Shown here one piece after another: positions 39,741 to 52,733 of a stretch of 64,000 nucleotides of DNA. A model generated the notes under the pieces. The model ran no database searches and was not told where the DNA came from. It saw nothing but the letters and a program-made list of their open reading frames with translations. The stretch covers positions 7,750,001-7,814,000 of the forward strand of contig CM075993.1 of the NCBI GenBank assembly GCA_038087875.1, given 5' to 3'. This stretch comes from Malacoraja senta. Taxonomy: Eukaryota. Every line of letters begins with the position of its first letter. The stretch's first letter is position 1. The translations under genes and the position numbers were made by a program.

Positions 39741-40066
39741 TTTAGTTTAGTTTAGTTTAGTTTAGAGATACAGCGTGGAAACAGGCCCTTCGGCCCACCG
39801 AGTCCGCGCCGACCAGCGATCCCCACACATTAACACTCTCCTACACCCAACTATGGACAATTTTTACATTTACCGAGCCAATTCACCTCCAAACCTGTAC
39901 GTCTTTGGAGTGTGGGAGGAAACCGAAGATCTCGGAGAAAACCCATGCAGGTCACGGGGAGAACGTACAAACTCCGTACAGGCAGCACCCCTAGTCAGGA
40001 TCGAACCCGGGTCTTCGGCGCTGCATTCGCTGTAAGGCAGCAACTCTACCGCTGCGCCACCGTGCC
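39741..40066 (-). mobile_element. tRNA-derived SINE (HE1-like), young copy
   Basis: Near-consensus, CpGs retained, (TTTAG)n tail on plus strand. Confidence 0.88.
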
Positions 40067-40523
40067 GACATAAATCATGAATACCTCAGCTATGATCTTC
40101 TATGGACTGTCTTTGGTTGAACTGAGGACTATGGGTGTCTTTGCACTAGCCTCGTGGTTATTAATTTGCTGCATTTTTGTTCTTCCTTTATTATATACTA
40201 TCTGTACGCATTGTATTTACAGATCTGTCCTGCTGCTGCAAGCACAAATTTAATTGACAAATAAACACTATTGACTTTAAATTGGATGAAATTGAAATAT
40301 GAATTTTGAGTATACCAAAATGAATTATTGAAAAAGTTTCAGGAGTGCAAAACTGCAGGAAGACCATCACCCTGCCCGCACAGATGTTGCCTGACCAGAG
40401 GAGGTCCTCCACAAATTATTTTTTGCTCCATATTCCAATATCTATATTCTCTTTTATCTCCTAAATAAGTGTCAGAGTTCTTCAACAACATCTGCTTATA
40501 CCTGTTATAATGAGAATAACACC

Positions 40524-41223
40524 AGGGGGCGCCGACAATGGCAGCCTCGCTAACAGTCTGTCTGTCTTTTCGTCTTTTTTGTTATTTTTACTGTGTTTTA
40601 AAAGTATGTTTTAATGTTCTCTGGTTTGTTTTATGTGGTGGATGGGGGAAACTTTTTTTCAATCTCTTACCTTGCCGGAGATGCGATTGTTTTCCGGATC
40701 GTATCTCCATTCGCTCTGAGGCCTAACATCATGGAGCTGGAGGCCTTGCTCGGGACTGAGCCCACCGCGGGGCCGATCCCTTGCCTGCGGATCTCACCAT
40801 CGAGGAGCTCGCAGTCTCGGGTAGAGACTGATGTCGGGATGGTCCAAACGACGCAGAACAGCCCCGACCTGGGATCAGATCGCTCGGCGCAGGGGAGCTG
40901 AGATCCCCAATGCAGGAGCTTGATCGCCCCGACGCGGAGGGCCCAAACGCAGCCGCTACAGGAGCCAAGATCGTCCCGTCAACGGGGAGGCTCGAAGCCC
41001 TCGACCACGGGAAAACAAAGAAGGAGGAGATTGAACTTTTTTTCGCCTTCCATCACAGTGTGGAATGTGGAGGAGCCACTGTGGTGGATGTTTATGTTAA
41101 AATGTATTTTGTGTGTTCTGTTCCTTGTGTGACTGTGTGGCAAATGAAATCATTCGTATGTTGCAAAACATACTTGGCTAATAAAGTATTATTATGATTA
41201 TGATGATTATGATTATGATATTA
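40524..41223 (+). mobile_element. Unclassified ~700-bp non-autonomous retroelement
   Basis: G-rich start with AATGGCAGCC, CpG-rich core, AATAAA followed by (ATTATG)n tail; no credible ORF. Confidence 0.55.
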
Positions 41224-41318
41224 GGTACACAAAAATGCTGGAGAACTCAGCGGGTGCAGCAGCATCTATGGAGCGAAGGAAATAGGTAACGTTTTGGGGC
41301 CGAAACCCTTCTTCAGAC
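41224..41318 (-). mobile_element. Solo 95-nt PLE-end unit with perfect TSD
   Basis: GGTACACAAAAATGCTGG...CCCTTCTTCAGAC flanked by ATTATGATATTA at 41212-41223 and 41319-41330. Confidence 0.85.
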
Positions 41319-42577
41319 ATTATGATATTAATGGGAATACCAAATGTCCTCATTTTGTATCGAAAGCCTCTGTATCTAAACCAAAACATGTTTAGCTGGG
41401 GTAAATCTGCTCTGGAGACACAAGAGACTGCAGATACTGCAGTCTTGAGCTTCTACAGATGTACAATAGAGAGCATATTGTACGATGTGCTTCAGGAACT
41501 CAAACACTCACGACCAAAGAAGAATTGCAATAAGTGGTGAACTCTGCCCAGATCATCACGGCTACAGACCTCCCCACCATCAAGAGGCGATGCCTCAACA
41601 AGGTAACCATGATCATCAGAGCACCACACCACCCTGGCCACACTCTTATTACACTCCTGCCATCGGGAAGAAGGTACAGGAGCCTGAAAACTTTAACATC
41701 CAGCTTCAGGAGCAACTTTAAACTTTAACATGGAAACAGGCCCTTCGGCCCACCGAGTCCGTGCCGACCAGCGATCACCCCATACACTAGCACCATCCTA
41801 CACACTAGGGACAATTTACGATTTTTACAGAAGCCAATTAACCTACAAACCTGTATGTCTTTGGACAGTGGAGGAAAACCGCAGCACCTGGAGAAAACCC
41901 ACATGCCCACAAGGATAACGTAAAAACACCATACAAACAGCACCCGTAGTCAGGATCGAACCCGGGTCCCTGGCGCTGTAAAGCAGCAGCTCTACTGTTG
42001 CGCCACTGTGCCGCCCCAAATCTATTTACAACCATCAGGCTATTAAACACTACAACCTCCTAATAGGCTCCGAATTATATAGACCTGGGGGCATTATATT
42101 GACTTTGCACAATTATCGATTATTTATTTGCCTGTTCTCTAATGTATCTACTGAACTTTTTTGTTGTTTGTTATATGATTACAGTTTACTGTGTTTACAT
42201 ACCTGTTGGGCTGCTGCATGAAAGAATTCATTGTTCCTTTTCGGGATATATGACAATAAAACACTCTTGACTTGACTCTTGGATAGTGGACTTGGAATAG
42301 AGTGGATGTGGAGAGGATGTTTCCATGATTGGGAGAGTCTATGACTAGAGGTCACAGCCTCAGAATAAAAGGACGTTCCTTTACGAAGGAGATGACGAGT
42401 AATATCTTTAGCCAGAGGGTGGTGAATCTGTGGAATTCTCTGCCATGGAAGGCTGTGGAGGCCAAAGTCAGTGGATATTTATTTTTGAGGCAGTGCCTGA
42501 CAGATTCTTGATTAGTAAGGGCGTCAGGGTTTATGGGGAGAAGGCAGGAGAGATAGATCAGCCATGATGAATGGAGG

Positions 42578-43302
42578 GTACACAAAAATGCTGGAGAAAC
42601 TCAGCGGGTGCAGCAGCATCTATGGAGCGAAGGAAATAGGCAACGTTTCGGGCCGAAACCCTTCTTCAGACACTCGTGCCCCACCGAACTCATCTCCACC
42701 TACCTCGACTCCATCCTATCCCCCTTAGTTAAATCCCTCCCTACCTATGTTCAAGACACCTCAGACACTCTCCGTCGTCTCCGCGCATTCCACTCTCTAG
42801 GCCCTCACCCCCTCATCTTCACCATGGACGTCCAGTCATTGTACACCTCCATCCCCCACCAGGATGGTCTCGAAGCCCTCCGTTTTTTCCTCGACCGTAG
42901 AAGCAATCTATACCCGGCCACTGACACCCTCCTCCGCCTAGAGGAGCTGGTCCTTACTCTTAATAACTTTTCATTTGACTCCTCCCATTTCCTCCAAATA
43001 CAAGGCGTAGCTATGGGCACACGCATGGGCCCCAGCTACGCCTGCCTCTTTGTCGGGTACGTAGAACAACCCTTGTTCAATGCGTACCAGGGCCCCATCC
43101 CCGACCTCTACCTCCGCTACATCGATGACTGTTTTGGTGCCACATCCTACACCCACACACAACTGACTGACTTCATCCGCTTCACCACCAACTTCCATCC
43201 GGCACTCAAATACACCTGGACCATTTCCGACACTTCCCTACCATTTCTTGACCTCACTATCTCCATCGAAGGTGATAGACTCCTTACCGACCCCCATCTC
43301 AT
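42578..43302 (+). mobile_element. PLE insertion: antisense terminal unit + RT core fragment
   Basis: Reads ...TMDVQSLYTSIP...QGVAMGTRMGPSYACLF...YLRYIDDCF (PLE-type RT); preceded by reverse-oriented terminal unit 42578-42670; TSD TGAATGGAGG at 42568-42577 and 43303-43312 inside a CR1 3' end. Confidence 0.9.
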
Positions 43303-43409
43303 TGAATGGAGGATTGGACTTGATGGGCCGAATGGCCTAATAGTGCTCCTATCACCTATGAACATCAACTGGAAAGACCAGCTGTGGTTTTTGCCCACTT
43401 GCCCTAATG

Positions 43410-43599
43410 AAACATGGCGGCGCACGCTGGCGAGGCGGAGGGTGAGGTTTTGTGGCAACACCGAGCGGGTGTCCGGGGGAGAGTGGCGGCGCCGGACTTT
43501 GGTTCCGCCCCGCCCCGACCCGCCCCGCGCAGTCCCCCGGATCACGTGAGGCGGCGAGCGCGTGTGCAACGGCGAGTGGTGTCCGTGCCGAAGATGGCG
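43410..43599 (+). promoter_or_regulatory. SNX27 CpG-island promoter
   Basis: GC boxes (CCGCCC x3, 43505-43525), TCACGTGA E-box at 43542-43549, YY1-like AAGATGGCG over the ATG. Confidence 0.7.
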
Positions 43600-43870
43600 G
43601 ACGAGGTGGGCAGCGGCGGGAAGCGGTCGGGATCGGGCTCCGACTCCGACGCCCCCACGCCCACCGAGCCGGCCCGCGGGCCGCGCCTCGTCAAGATCAT
43701 CAAGTCGGAGACGGGCTACGGCTTCAACGTGCGGGGCCAGGTCAGCGAAGGCGGGCAACTGCGGAGCATCAACGGAGAACTGTACGCGCCGCTCCAGCAC
43801 GTCAGCGCCGTCTTACTGGGCGGAGCGGCCGAGAGGGCCGGGGTCCGGAAAGGGACCGCATCCTGGAAGT
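43594..43870 (+). CDS. SNX27: Sorting nexin-27 coding exon 1 (PDZ domain N-half), apparent 1-nt deletion near 43852
   Basis: MADEVG...[59 protein letters not shown], then DRILEV in a shifted frame; donor GT|gtgagt at 43871. Diagnostic SNX27 PDZ sequence. Confidence 0.95.
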
Positions 43871-43886
43871 GTGAGTACCCGCACAC

Positions 43887-44969
43887 NNNNNNNNNNNNNN
43901 NNNNNNNNNNNNNNNNNNNNNNNNNNNNNNNNNNNNNNNNNNNNNNNNNNNNNNNNNNNNNNNNNNNNNNNNNNNNNNNNNNNNNNNNNNNNNNNNNNNN
44001 NNNNNNNNNNNNNNNNNNNNNNNNNNNNNNNNNNNNNNNNNNNNNNNNNNNNNNNNNNNNNNNNNNNNNNNNNNNNNNNNNNNNNNNNNNNNNNNNNNNN
44101 NNNNNNNNNNNNNNNNNNNNNNNNNNNNNNNNNNNNNNNNNNNNNNNNNNNNNNNNNNNNNNNNNNNNNNNNNNNNNNNNNNNNNNNNNNNNNNNNNNNN
44201 NNNNNNNNNNNNNNNNNNNNNNNNNNNNNNNNNNNNNNNNNNNNNNNNNNNNNNNNNNNNNNNNNNNNNNNNNNNNNNNNNNNNNNNNNNNNNNNNNNNN
44301 NNNNNNNNNNNNNNNNNNNNNNNNNNNNNNNNNNNNNNNNNNNNNNNNNNNNNNNNNNNNNNNNNNNNNNNNNNNNNNNNNNNNNNNNNNNNNNNNNNNN
44401 NNNNNNNNNNNNNNNNNNNNNNNNNNNNNNNNNNNNNNNNNNNNNNNNNNNNNNNNNNNNNNNNNNNNNNNNNNNNNNNNNNNNNNNNNNNNNNNNNNNN
44501 NNNNNNNNNNNNNNNNNNNNNNNNNNNNNNNNNNNNNNNNNNNNNNNNNNNNNNNNNNNNNNNNNNNNNNNNNNNNNNNNNNNNNNNNNNNNNNNNNNNN
44601 NNNNNNNNNNNNNNNNNNNNNNNNNNNNNNNNNNNNNNNNNNNNNNNNNNNNNNNNNNNNNNNNNNNNNNNNNNNNNNNNNNNNNNNNNNNNNNNNNNNN
44701 NNNNNNNNNNNNNNNNNNNNNNNNNNNNNNNNNNNNNNNNNNNNNNNNNNNNNNNNNNNNNNNNNNNNNNNNNNNNNNNNNNNNNNNNNNNNNNNNNNNN
44801 NNNNNNNNNNNNNNNNNNNNNNNNNNNNNNNNNNNNNNCTGNNNNNNNNNNNNNNNNNNNNNNNNNNNNNNNNNNNNNNNNNNNNNNNNNNNNNNNNNNN
44901 NNNNNNNNNNNNNNNNNNNNNNNNNNNNNNNNNNNNNNNNNNNNNNNNNNNNNNNNNNNNNNNNNNNNN
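43887..44969. other. Assembly gap in SNX27 intron 1
   Basis: N run 16 nt after the end of the exon, followed by CT-rich sequence. Confidence 0.97.
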
Positions 44970-47900
44970 ACTCCCCCGTCACTCTCTCCCCCCGTCACTC
45001 TCCCCCCCCGTCACTCTCTCCCTCCCCGTCACTCTCCCACCCTCGTCACACTCTCTCTCTCTCTCTCTCCCCCCCCCCCCCCCCCCGGTCGTCCCTCTCC
45101 TTTACCCCTTTATCTCTCATCACTCTTCTCCCTCCACACATTCTTCTCCCCTCTCCCGCCTCCCAGACTCTCTGCTTCCCCCCTCCTGGACCCTCTTCTC
45201 CCATACCCTCCAATTCCTCTTCTCCGCCTACCCACGTTGCTGCTTATTTCTCTTGTCAGTCAACTGACACTTTCACCTTTCCTACTCCAACCGTCTTGGC
45301 GTTCCTTGCCTTGCTGCTCCTTCCGTAGCCCTATCTTCCCCACCCACCTGAATGCAGTTCCCCTCCGTCAACCAGCAACACTACCAGCCTCTAGCTGCCC
45401 CTTTCTGACAACAAGCGATCATGTTTTTGGACTTGGGCCCAGGGTATATCACTTGGCAATGTTTGTGTAATGTGATGCACATGAATTTCTGTTTATAATT
45501 TACGGGAACTTCCCCTGAAGGTGTCTGTGTTTTGCTCACTCCGAGTTTCACTAACTACTTGACCACAAATAAATGCTTTCAGCTTGTGTGCTGTGGCAGA
45601 AATGTCTATTGCTGTATGTTTATGGACTATAGGCACAGTCTGTGTTTGATTTTAGATTTCATTTAATATGACATTTCCTGTGACATTTATCTTCTGTGTT
45701 CATGTAATCGTGATCAATCTCTGCTGTTTTCTGGGTCATTTAACCTATTTCAGAATCGTTTGTAAACCGGTCCGTTAGCTTTTTCACTGTCCTAGGCATT
45801 TAAAAAAAAAAAGAAAAAAGATATAGGCAAAACAAAAACTGTGGAAAAACTCTTCATACATTCTCAATGTATATATCAGTAGTATCACAGTTCGGTAGTG
45901 GGTGACACAGTGGCGCAGCGATGGAGTTGCTTCCTTACAGCGCCATTGATCTGGGTTCGATCCTGCCAGTTGGTGCTGTCTGTACGGAGTTTGTATGTTC
46001 TCCCCATTAACCTGTGAGGGTTTTCTCCGGGTTCTCTCGTTTTCTCCCACACTCCAAAGACGTACAGGTTTGGTAGGTTAATTAGCCTGGTATAATTGCA
46101 AATTGTCCCCCAGTGTGTATAGGATAGTGTTAGTGTGCGGGGATTGCTGGTCGGCACGGACTCGGTGGGCCGAAGGGCCTCATCTATAGAGCCTTGGTAA
46201 TTGCTGTACCAAGCTTCAGTGCGTCCCTCAACACATGCTCCTGCAGTCTGCTGCGGGCCAGTCGGCAACATTCCCTGGGCATGTCCTTTAGCATTAACTG
46301 TTCTGCAGCCGGGGCTCAAAAGATGTGTCGCTACTCAGAACATCGCAGGTGTAAGCTCTCGTCAAACTGTACTGGGTAAAGGAGTAGGAACTTAATACGT
46401 CATACCTGCTTAATTTTAGTGGTAAAATATACCGCCATGCATGTAAAATGCATTATTGGTGCATGATTTATTTTATAAAAAGAAATACTTTGCAGAGCCC
46501 TGATGTAAATGACCAGAGCAAAGCTCCACTGGGTTGCCATTGGAAACTAAATTAATTGCAGTTCTCCCATTCGTCCACGGCTATCCTCTTGTGATAATTA
46601 GCGCTTATGTGACCTCAAGAAGATCGATTGTATTGCATTATAAGAATTTAATCTGCGCTGCATTATTAGGAAATATGACAGATATTGATATGAGTAATTT
46701 ATGAAAAGGTATCTCAGAATATTGCAGGCAGCTGGTGTCTGTTTGATCAGTTGGATCTGAAGGAGCTGTCTACTTAATTTATTCCTCTTTTCTTTACCCT
46801 TGCCCCTTTCAGAAACTTTCATTTTGAAACCTTTAATCATTTCCTTTCTGTACGCGATTGTGGATTCTGCTCCCATCTCCATTTCTGGCAGGGCTTTCCA
46901 CGTTCTAACAATCTTTCTCTGTGCAGAATTAATTTAATACGCCTAAGTTCTCCCCTGTTCCCTTGTCGCTCCCCAGTTACACTCCCACTGACTGGAGGGA
47001 GATCACATTTTTACTGGCATGAAAGAAACCCTCATTATTTTCAATGGTGTCATCAATCTTTCACTTTCCTCGTGGAGTTCCATTTCTCACGTCCACGCTA
47101 TTATACATTTTCGTTTTTGACACCATACATTTTTTGATAGAGAGGTGCGATTAAGGGGGTGGGGGGGTGCTATCAAACAATAACTGAATATGTGTCCTGT
47201 GATCAAAGGTCGATCAATCAAATGGATCTTTTAAAGAGGCAAAGAGCAGTGGAGGGGCTGAGGCACAAATAAATACAAATACTGATAGTAGGGCAAAGGT
47301 GATAAAAAAAATGATAAATGCTCTTAGTTTAGTTTTAGATAAATTGTGGAAACAGGGCTCGTTGTGCCGAAAAACACCACCGTCCAACCCTAGTTCACTG
47401 GTTCTATGTGATCCCAGTTTCGCATCCTATACACTAGGATGTAATTCTGAAATTTACAGAAGCCATTAACCAGCAAAGCTGCACGACTTTGCAATGTGGG
47501 AGGAACCTGAGCATCTGGTGAAAACCCACATGGTCATCGGGCGAACGTATAAACTTTCGTACAGACTGCACCTGGATTGAACCCGGGTCTCTAGCGCTGG
47601 GAGGCAGCAGCTCTACTACTGCGCCACTGTGCCACTCTTGGAGAGAGCTTTAAAAATTGCAGGCTGTGGGAAGATTCGAGGGATGGCTTGGGCAATGTGG
47701 GTGGCAAGACGGCAGATTTGAACTGGAGGATGTAAGCTTACAAATCGTCCTGTTGCTGAACCAGATGTCGGTATGAATCAGTGCGCATGAGGGATCGGTG
47801 AGCAGGGCATTCTGAGTGAGATTTTGCCAGCTGATATGCAGATGACCTAAGGTTTAATGAAGCTGCAGAAATTACTTTAGTTTAATTTCCATTTCAATAG

Positions 47901-50900
47901 GAAATATCTAAATGATGGTCCATTTCGTCGGCAAGCTGTCCGATCTGCAGAGCACCCACACTGCATGAGCGTGTGTTATTGATGCTATTAGAGAGTATTT
48001 TTCCATGATTGGAGATAACGTGATTGATGAAGTAGGAAACACTATTTGTATTACATGTTGAAAGGAACTGCAGGTGGTGGTATATACCGAAAATAGACAC
48101 AAAGCGCTGGAGGAACTCAGTGGTTCAGGCATCATCCATGGGGCAAAAGGATGGGTGATGTTTTGGGTTGGGACCCTTTCTCACATTGGCTTAACTGGTT
48201 ATAACACGATTTTGATCAAGAATTAGAAAACATCACACAGACAGGACTCCCTACTAAGGACTCCATCGACTCTTCAAGTTGCCTCAGAAAAACAGATATA
48301 ATCAAAGACTTGTCCCATTCAGGTCATTCCTCCTGCTCCCTGCTCCTGTCTGACAAAGTACAGAGGCTTGAAACTGCACTGTCAGACTCAGGAACAGATT
48401 CTATTCCTCTGTTATCTGGCTTCTGAACGGTCCTTCTATACGCTATGGCACTGTCCCATTCACCTCCATCCCATTGTGGACATTGGACTTTGTTTATGGA
48501 ATTGATGTGTTATGATACTGAGATTCTACACACACTATTCCCTCTTGGTTTATCTATTGTACTTGAGTTTGACCTGATTATATCTATGTGTAGTATTGTT
48601 TGATCTGTTTGCATATCATGCAAAACAAAACTTTTCAATGTACTTTGGTACACGTGACAATAATAAACCAAAACAACATTAGTTGCTTTGGAAATTGGCA
48701 AGCAGCGAAAAAGCTGCCTTCAAAAAAAAGATTCTTGGTGGGGGAAAAAACACTCAATGTGACCTCCCTGCAGTAATCAGACACATTATCTTTTAAGCAC
48801 AGTGCAGTATCTGTCGGTTTCACCGCCGATGGCCTTTGAAACTGACAGACAGTTGCTTCAATTGACACTTATGCAATGGTTCTGTAGTATCAAACAATGT
48901 ACAATGGTGCAGCTGGTCACTGTGCTAAAGACCCGGGTTCAATCCTGACCTTGGGTGCTGTCTGTGTGGAGTTTGCACGTTCTCCCTGTGACCGCGTGGG
49001 GTTTCTCCCGGGTGCTCTGGTTTCTTCCCACATCTTAAATACATGTGGGTTTTTTGTAAATTGCTCCTAATGTGTAGAGAGTGGATGAGAAAAAGTGGGA
49101 TAACATGGAACTAGTGTGAACGAGTGAATGGTGGGCCGAAGGGCCTGTTTCCATGACCTATCTCTAAAGTGAACTAAACTAAATGTAACATATGATCTGT
49201 AATACTTTCAGCTTGCAGTAACAACCATACACTTCCAACTATTAAAAATACATTTTATCTTTGCCAATCCTACAGGGTGAAAACTTTATTTCGCGTCTGA
49301 AATTGTGGATCCTTAAACCCATTGTTTTTATGACACAATTTTCCACAAAGTAATGTATCTTATGAAGGCAGTTGGCAGTACCAACTGTACCAGGAGCTCT
49401 TCATGACATCCTCTGAAATGGATGCATATTAATGGGAAAGTATTTAAACCTTATGCATTAGAATGTTCACCGTTATGGACATCAATTCTATTAATTAATG
49501 CAATGGTTTAGCAGACTTGGTGCTGTCAAAGCACAAGATGAATCGAGCAATTGATATTAAATTCCACTGTCTAGGTCTCTTGGTTTAATTGCTTTTTTTG
49601 GGGGCAGAAGGGATATGGCAGTGATATGTAATTTAAGTTCCTTGAAATGTCTCGTACTAAATGGATAGCTCTTGGACAAAGCCAGCGTCGGGCCGATGGA
49701 TAAAGTGGATGGCTTCTGAGCTGTCGGATTCTGTGATTGTTTGTGCATAGAAGGACCATTGTTGGGGACTGCCAAAGAGAGTGACAACGTGCTGGAGTAA
49801 CTCAACAGGTCAGGCAGCATCTCTGGAGGAAAAGGATGGGTGATGTCTCGGGTCGGAACTCTTCTTCAGACTGGGGTGTTGCAGAACTCCCATGGGAGAG
49901 AGTAGGAGAACTTATTCAAAGTAGGCATACCATGAGGAGATTTAGCAGTGGAGCAAGACACAAAGTGCTGGAGTAACTCAGAGGGTCAGGCATCATCCCT
50001 GGAGGACACAAAGTGCTGGAGTAACTCAGCTGGTCAGGCAGCATCCCTGGAGCTCTTGGCTGGAGTATCTTGGGGACTAGTTGGGCCTATTGGCCTGTTT
50101 CCCCAGTGTATGCACCTGGGCTCTGTTTCTGAGGAAATGGGCAGAACTTTGGGATTGAGGGTGACCTGCTTCAATTCTGTTCTCCACGGGTGCTGCCTGA
50201 CTCGCTGAGATCCTCAAGCCCTTTGTGTCACCTCTGGTACTGTGGCTTCTCCACGGATGGGGCAGGAGGAGGCTGGCTTGGTAGGTGGACAGGTGTACTC
50301 CCTGCTTATGCTGGGGCTCTGCTCCTCAAGCCCAGACTCATTCACTTCCAATTCATGGAGCTGACAGTCCCAGCACACAAAGACAACTCGAAAGCTGGGT
50401 CCTCCCTCTGATATTTCACCACTTTTAAAGTTGTACATTTTGCCTCTTTCTAGGTTATTTATCAACCTTCTTCGTTTATACATTTTCTTCAAATGCCACA
50501 TGCTTTCTGGGATATTCCACGTTACTGAAAGAAAGGAAAGAGGGCTGTAGTTATGTCATGCCGTTCCTCATCTTGGGATCTCAGGATCAGCTCACTATCC
50601 TTCTGTGATGGTAGACACAAAATGCTGGAGTAACTCAGCGGGACAGGCAGCATCTCTGGAGAGAAGTAATGGGTGACGTTTCGGGTCAAGACCCTTCTTC
50701 GGACTGAGAGGGAAACATAGAGATATGGAAGAGTGAGGTGTGAAAATGAAAGATCAAAGGGGACGAAGGTCAAGGAAAATCTAGAATGGCTCCACTCCCT
50801 CCCCTTCATTTTGTCAGGGTGTGTGTTGGAGCCTTGCATTCAGGAAGCAGCATCTGTCCATAGATCTAACCAGCGCTAGTGCTGGGTTTTTATCCTCCCC

Positions 50901-52324
50901 TAGTGCCTTTAGTTTTAAGGCTGTTGATTACTCCACGTGCGAAACTAATTGTAATTGTACCGCCGCGTTGAGCCACGTCTCCTTCCCCATCGTAGATTTT
51001 CAAAGTTTTTCCACTGAATCTCGGTACAGGTGACAGTAATAAACCAAGATCGGATATGTCCTCAGAACGGCCTTTGGATCCCTAGTGATCACATCTTGGC
51101 ACCTTGCACTAAATCTGCACATTAATCTTAATTAGTCTGTACTTCACTTGTGTTGTAAAGAGTAGCGACAGGAGTGAGGGAGGGCAATTGATGGCTAGGT
51201 GTGCAATATTTACAAGGTAGACACAAAATGCTGGTGTAACAAGCAGCATCTCTGGTGAGAAGCAAATGGGTGACGTTCCGGGTCGAGACCCTTCTTCAGA
51301 CGGGTCTCGACCCGAAACGTCACCCATTCCTTCTCTCCAGAGATGCTGCCTGTCCCACTGAGTTACTCCAGCATTTTGTGTCTACCTTCGATTGAAACCA
51401 GCATCTGCAGTTCTTTCCTACACATCCTGTGCAATATTTCCACTTGTCGGCTGCCCTTTGGCTCCATTCCAATCTCGCACTGCCAGCATCACGAGGTTCA
51501 AAGCAGAAAAGTAATTTGGAAAGCAAAATTGCACTTCCTGAATGTTAATAGGCATCCGTCGATTGTTCAAGTCTGGGCTGTAACTTATAGGTGATAGACA
51601 ACTTTTTTTGGAAAGAAAAATCCTAATATTTAATTTCAGCTCCCTGATTTATCGTAACATTCTGTACACGGGAGTGTGCTAACCCCATGTGCTGCTTCGA
51701 TCAAAAAAATAAATCCTTGCACATTTAGGCACAGCAAGCAAGGTGTATAATTGCCAGCGGGAAGTTATAAATGGAAAGAACTTGAGTATGTAAAATTGTG
51801 GCAAATGCAAATAACCTTTTTCTCTGGGGAAGCATTGGTTAGGATGTTAGCAATGCACCAATTTGTGGGTCGAGAAAACTCTCGGTTTCTGTGACCTCTG
51901 CGTCTGGCAGTGACACTTTGTCATCTCAACCATTTAGAAGGAATGCCTGCCTTTCTGTGTCCTCACTTTGTTTAAAACTCGCTGGGGCTGATATTGGTAA
52001 GGGCTTGTGGCCAGGGCATTCCGTGAGAATAAGCCTTGATGAGTGTTCGGATGTGATGTGTGTACAATTCATACTGATTTGTCATGTCAGGTACTGTCAA
52101 AGGCTTTTTGTGGTGTGCTATCCAGTAAGTGAAAAGACTGTACATGATTACAATCAAGCTGTCTACAGTGTGCAGTTACTGGATATATATACAATATGAG
52201 CTTATACATGTGGCTGTTGTAAATGTGTGCTTGTTTTCTCCTCCTGCCTTGTCACAAGGACTGTGCTAGTTTCAAAGCAAAGCAGAAAATTAGACAGAGG
52301 GCAGGTCAGGACTATGGGTTCTGT

Positions 52325-52733
52325 GCTACAGGGAGAGGTTCAGTAGGCTGGGTCTCTATTCCTTGGAGCGCAGGAGTGATCTTGAGAGGAATAAATCGGG
52401 TAGATGCACAGAATCTCTTGCCCAGAGTAGGGGAATCGAGGACCAGAGGACATAGGTTCAAGGTGAAGGGGAAAAGATTTAATAGGAATCTGAGGGGTAA
52501 CTTTTTCACACAAAGGGTGGTGAGTGTATGAAACAAGCTGCCAGATGAGGTTGTTGAGGCAGGGACTATCCCAACGTTCAAGAAACAGTTAGACAGGTAC
52601 ATGGATAGGACAGGTTTGGAGGGATACGGATCAAGCACAAGCAGGTGGGACTTGTGTAGTTGGGATATGTTGGCTGGTGTGGGCAAGTTGGGCCGAAGGG
52701 CCTGTTTCCATACTTTATCACTCTGACTCTATG
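52325..52733 (+). mobile_element. CR1 LINE 3' fragment; others near 260-670(+), 1705-2035(-), 3925-4208(-), 17520-17880(-), 18575-19100(-), 31640-32060(+), 35880-36250(-), 57770-58075(-)
   Basis: ESRTRGHRFKVKG..FFTQRVV motif and shared 3' tail. Confidence 0.85.

Noticed and set aside
39985-40066. tRNA genes
   Set aside because: tRNA-like heads continue into SINE body and tail; they are SINEs.
42608-43549. 313-aa ORF as a domesticated RT or RT-SNX27 fusion
   Set aside because: Chance open frame across an antisense terminal unit, a truncated RT, a CR1 tail and the promoter; stops before SNX27 and starts at a non-ATG codon.
43414-45328. ORFs of 389-617 aa
   Set aside because: Artefacts of translation through N runs; only 43594-43870 is coding.
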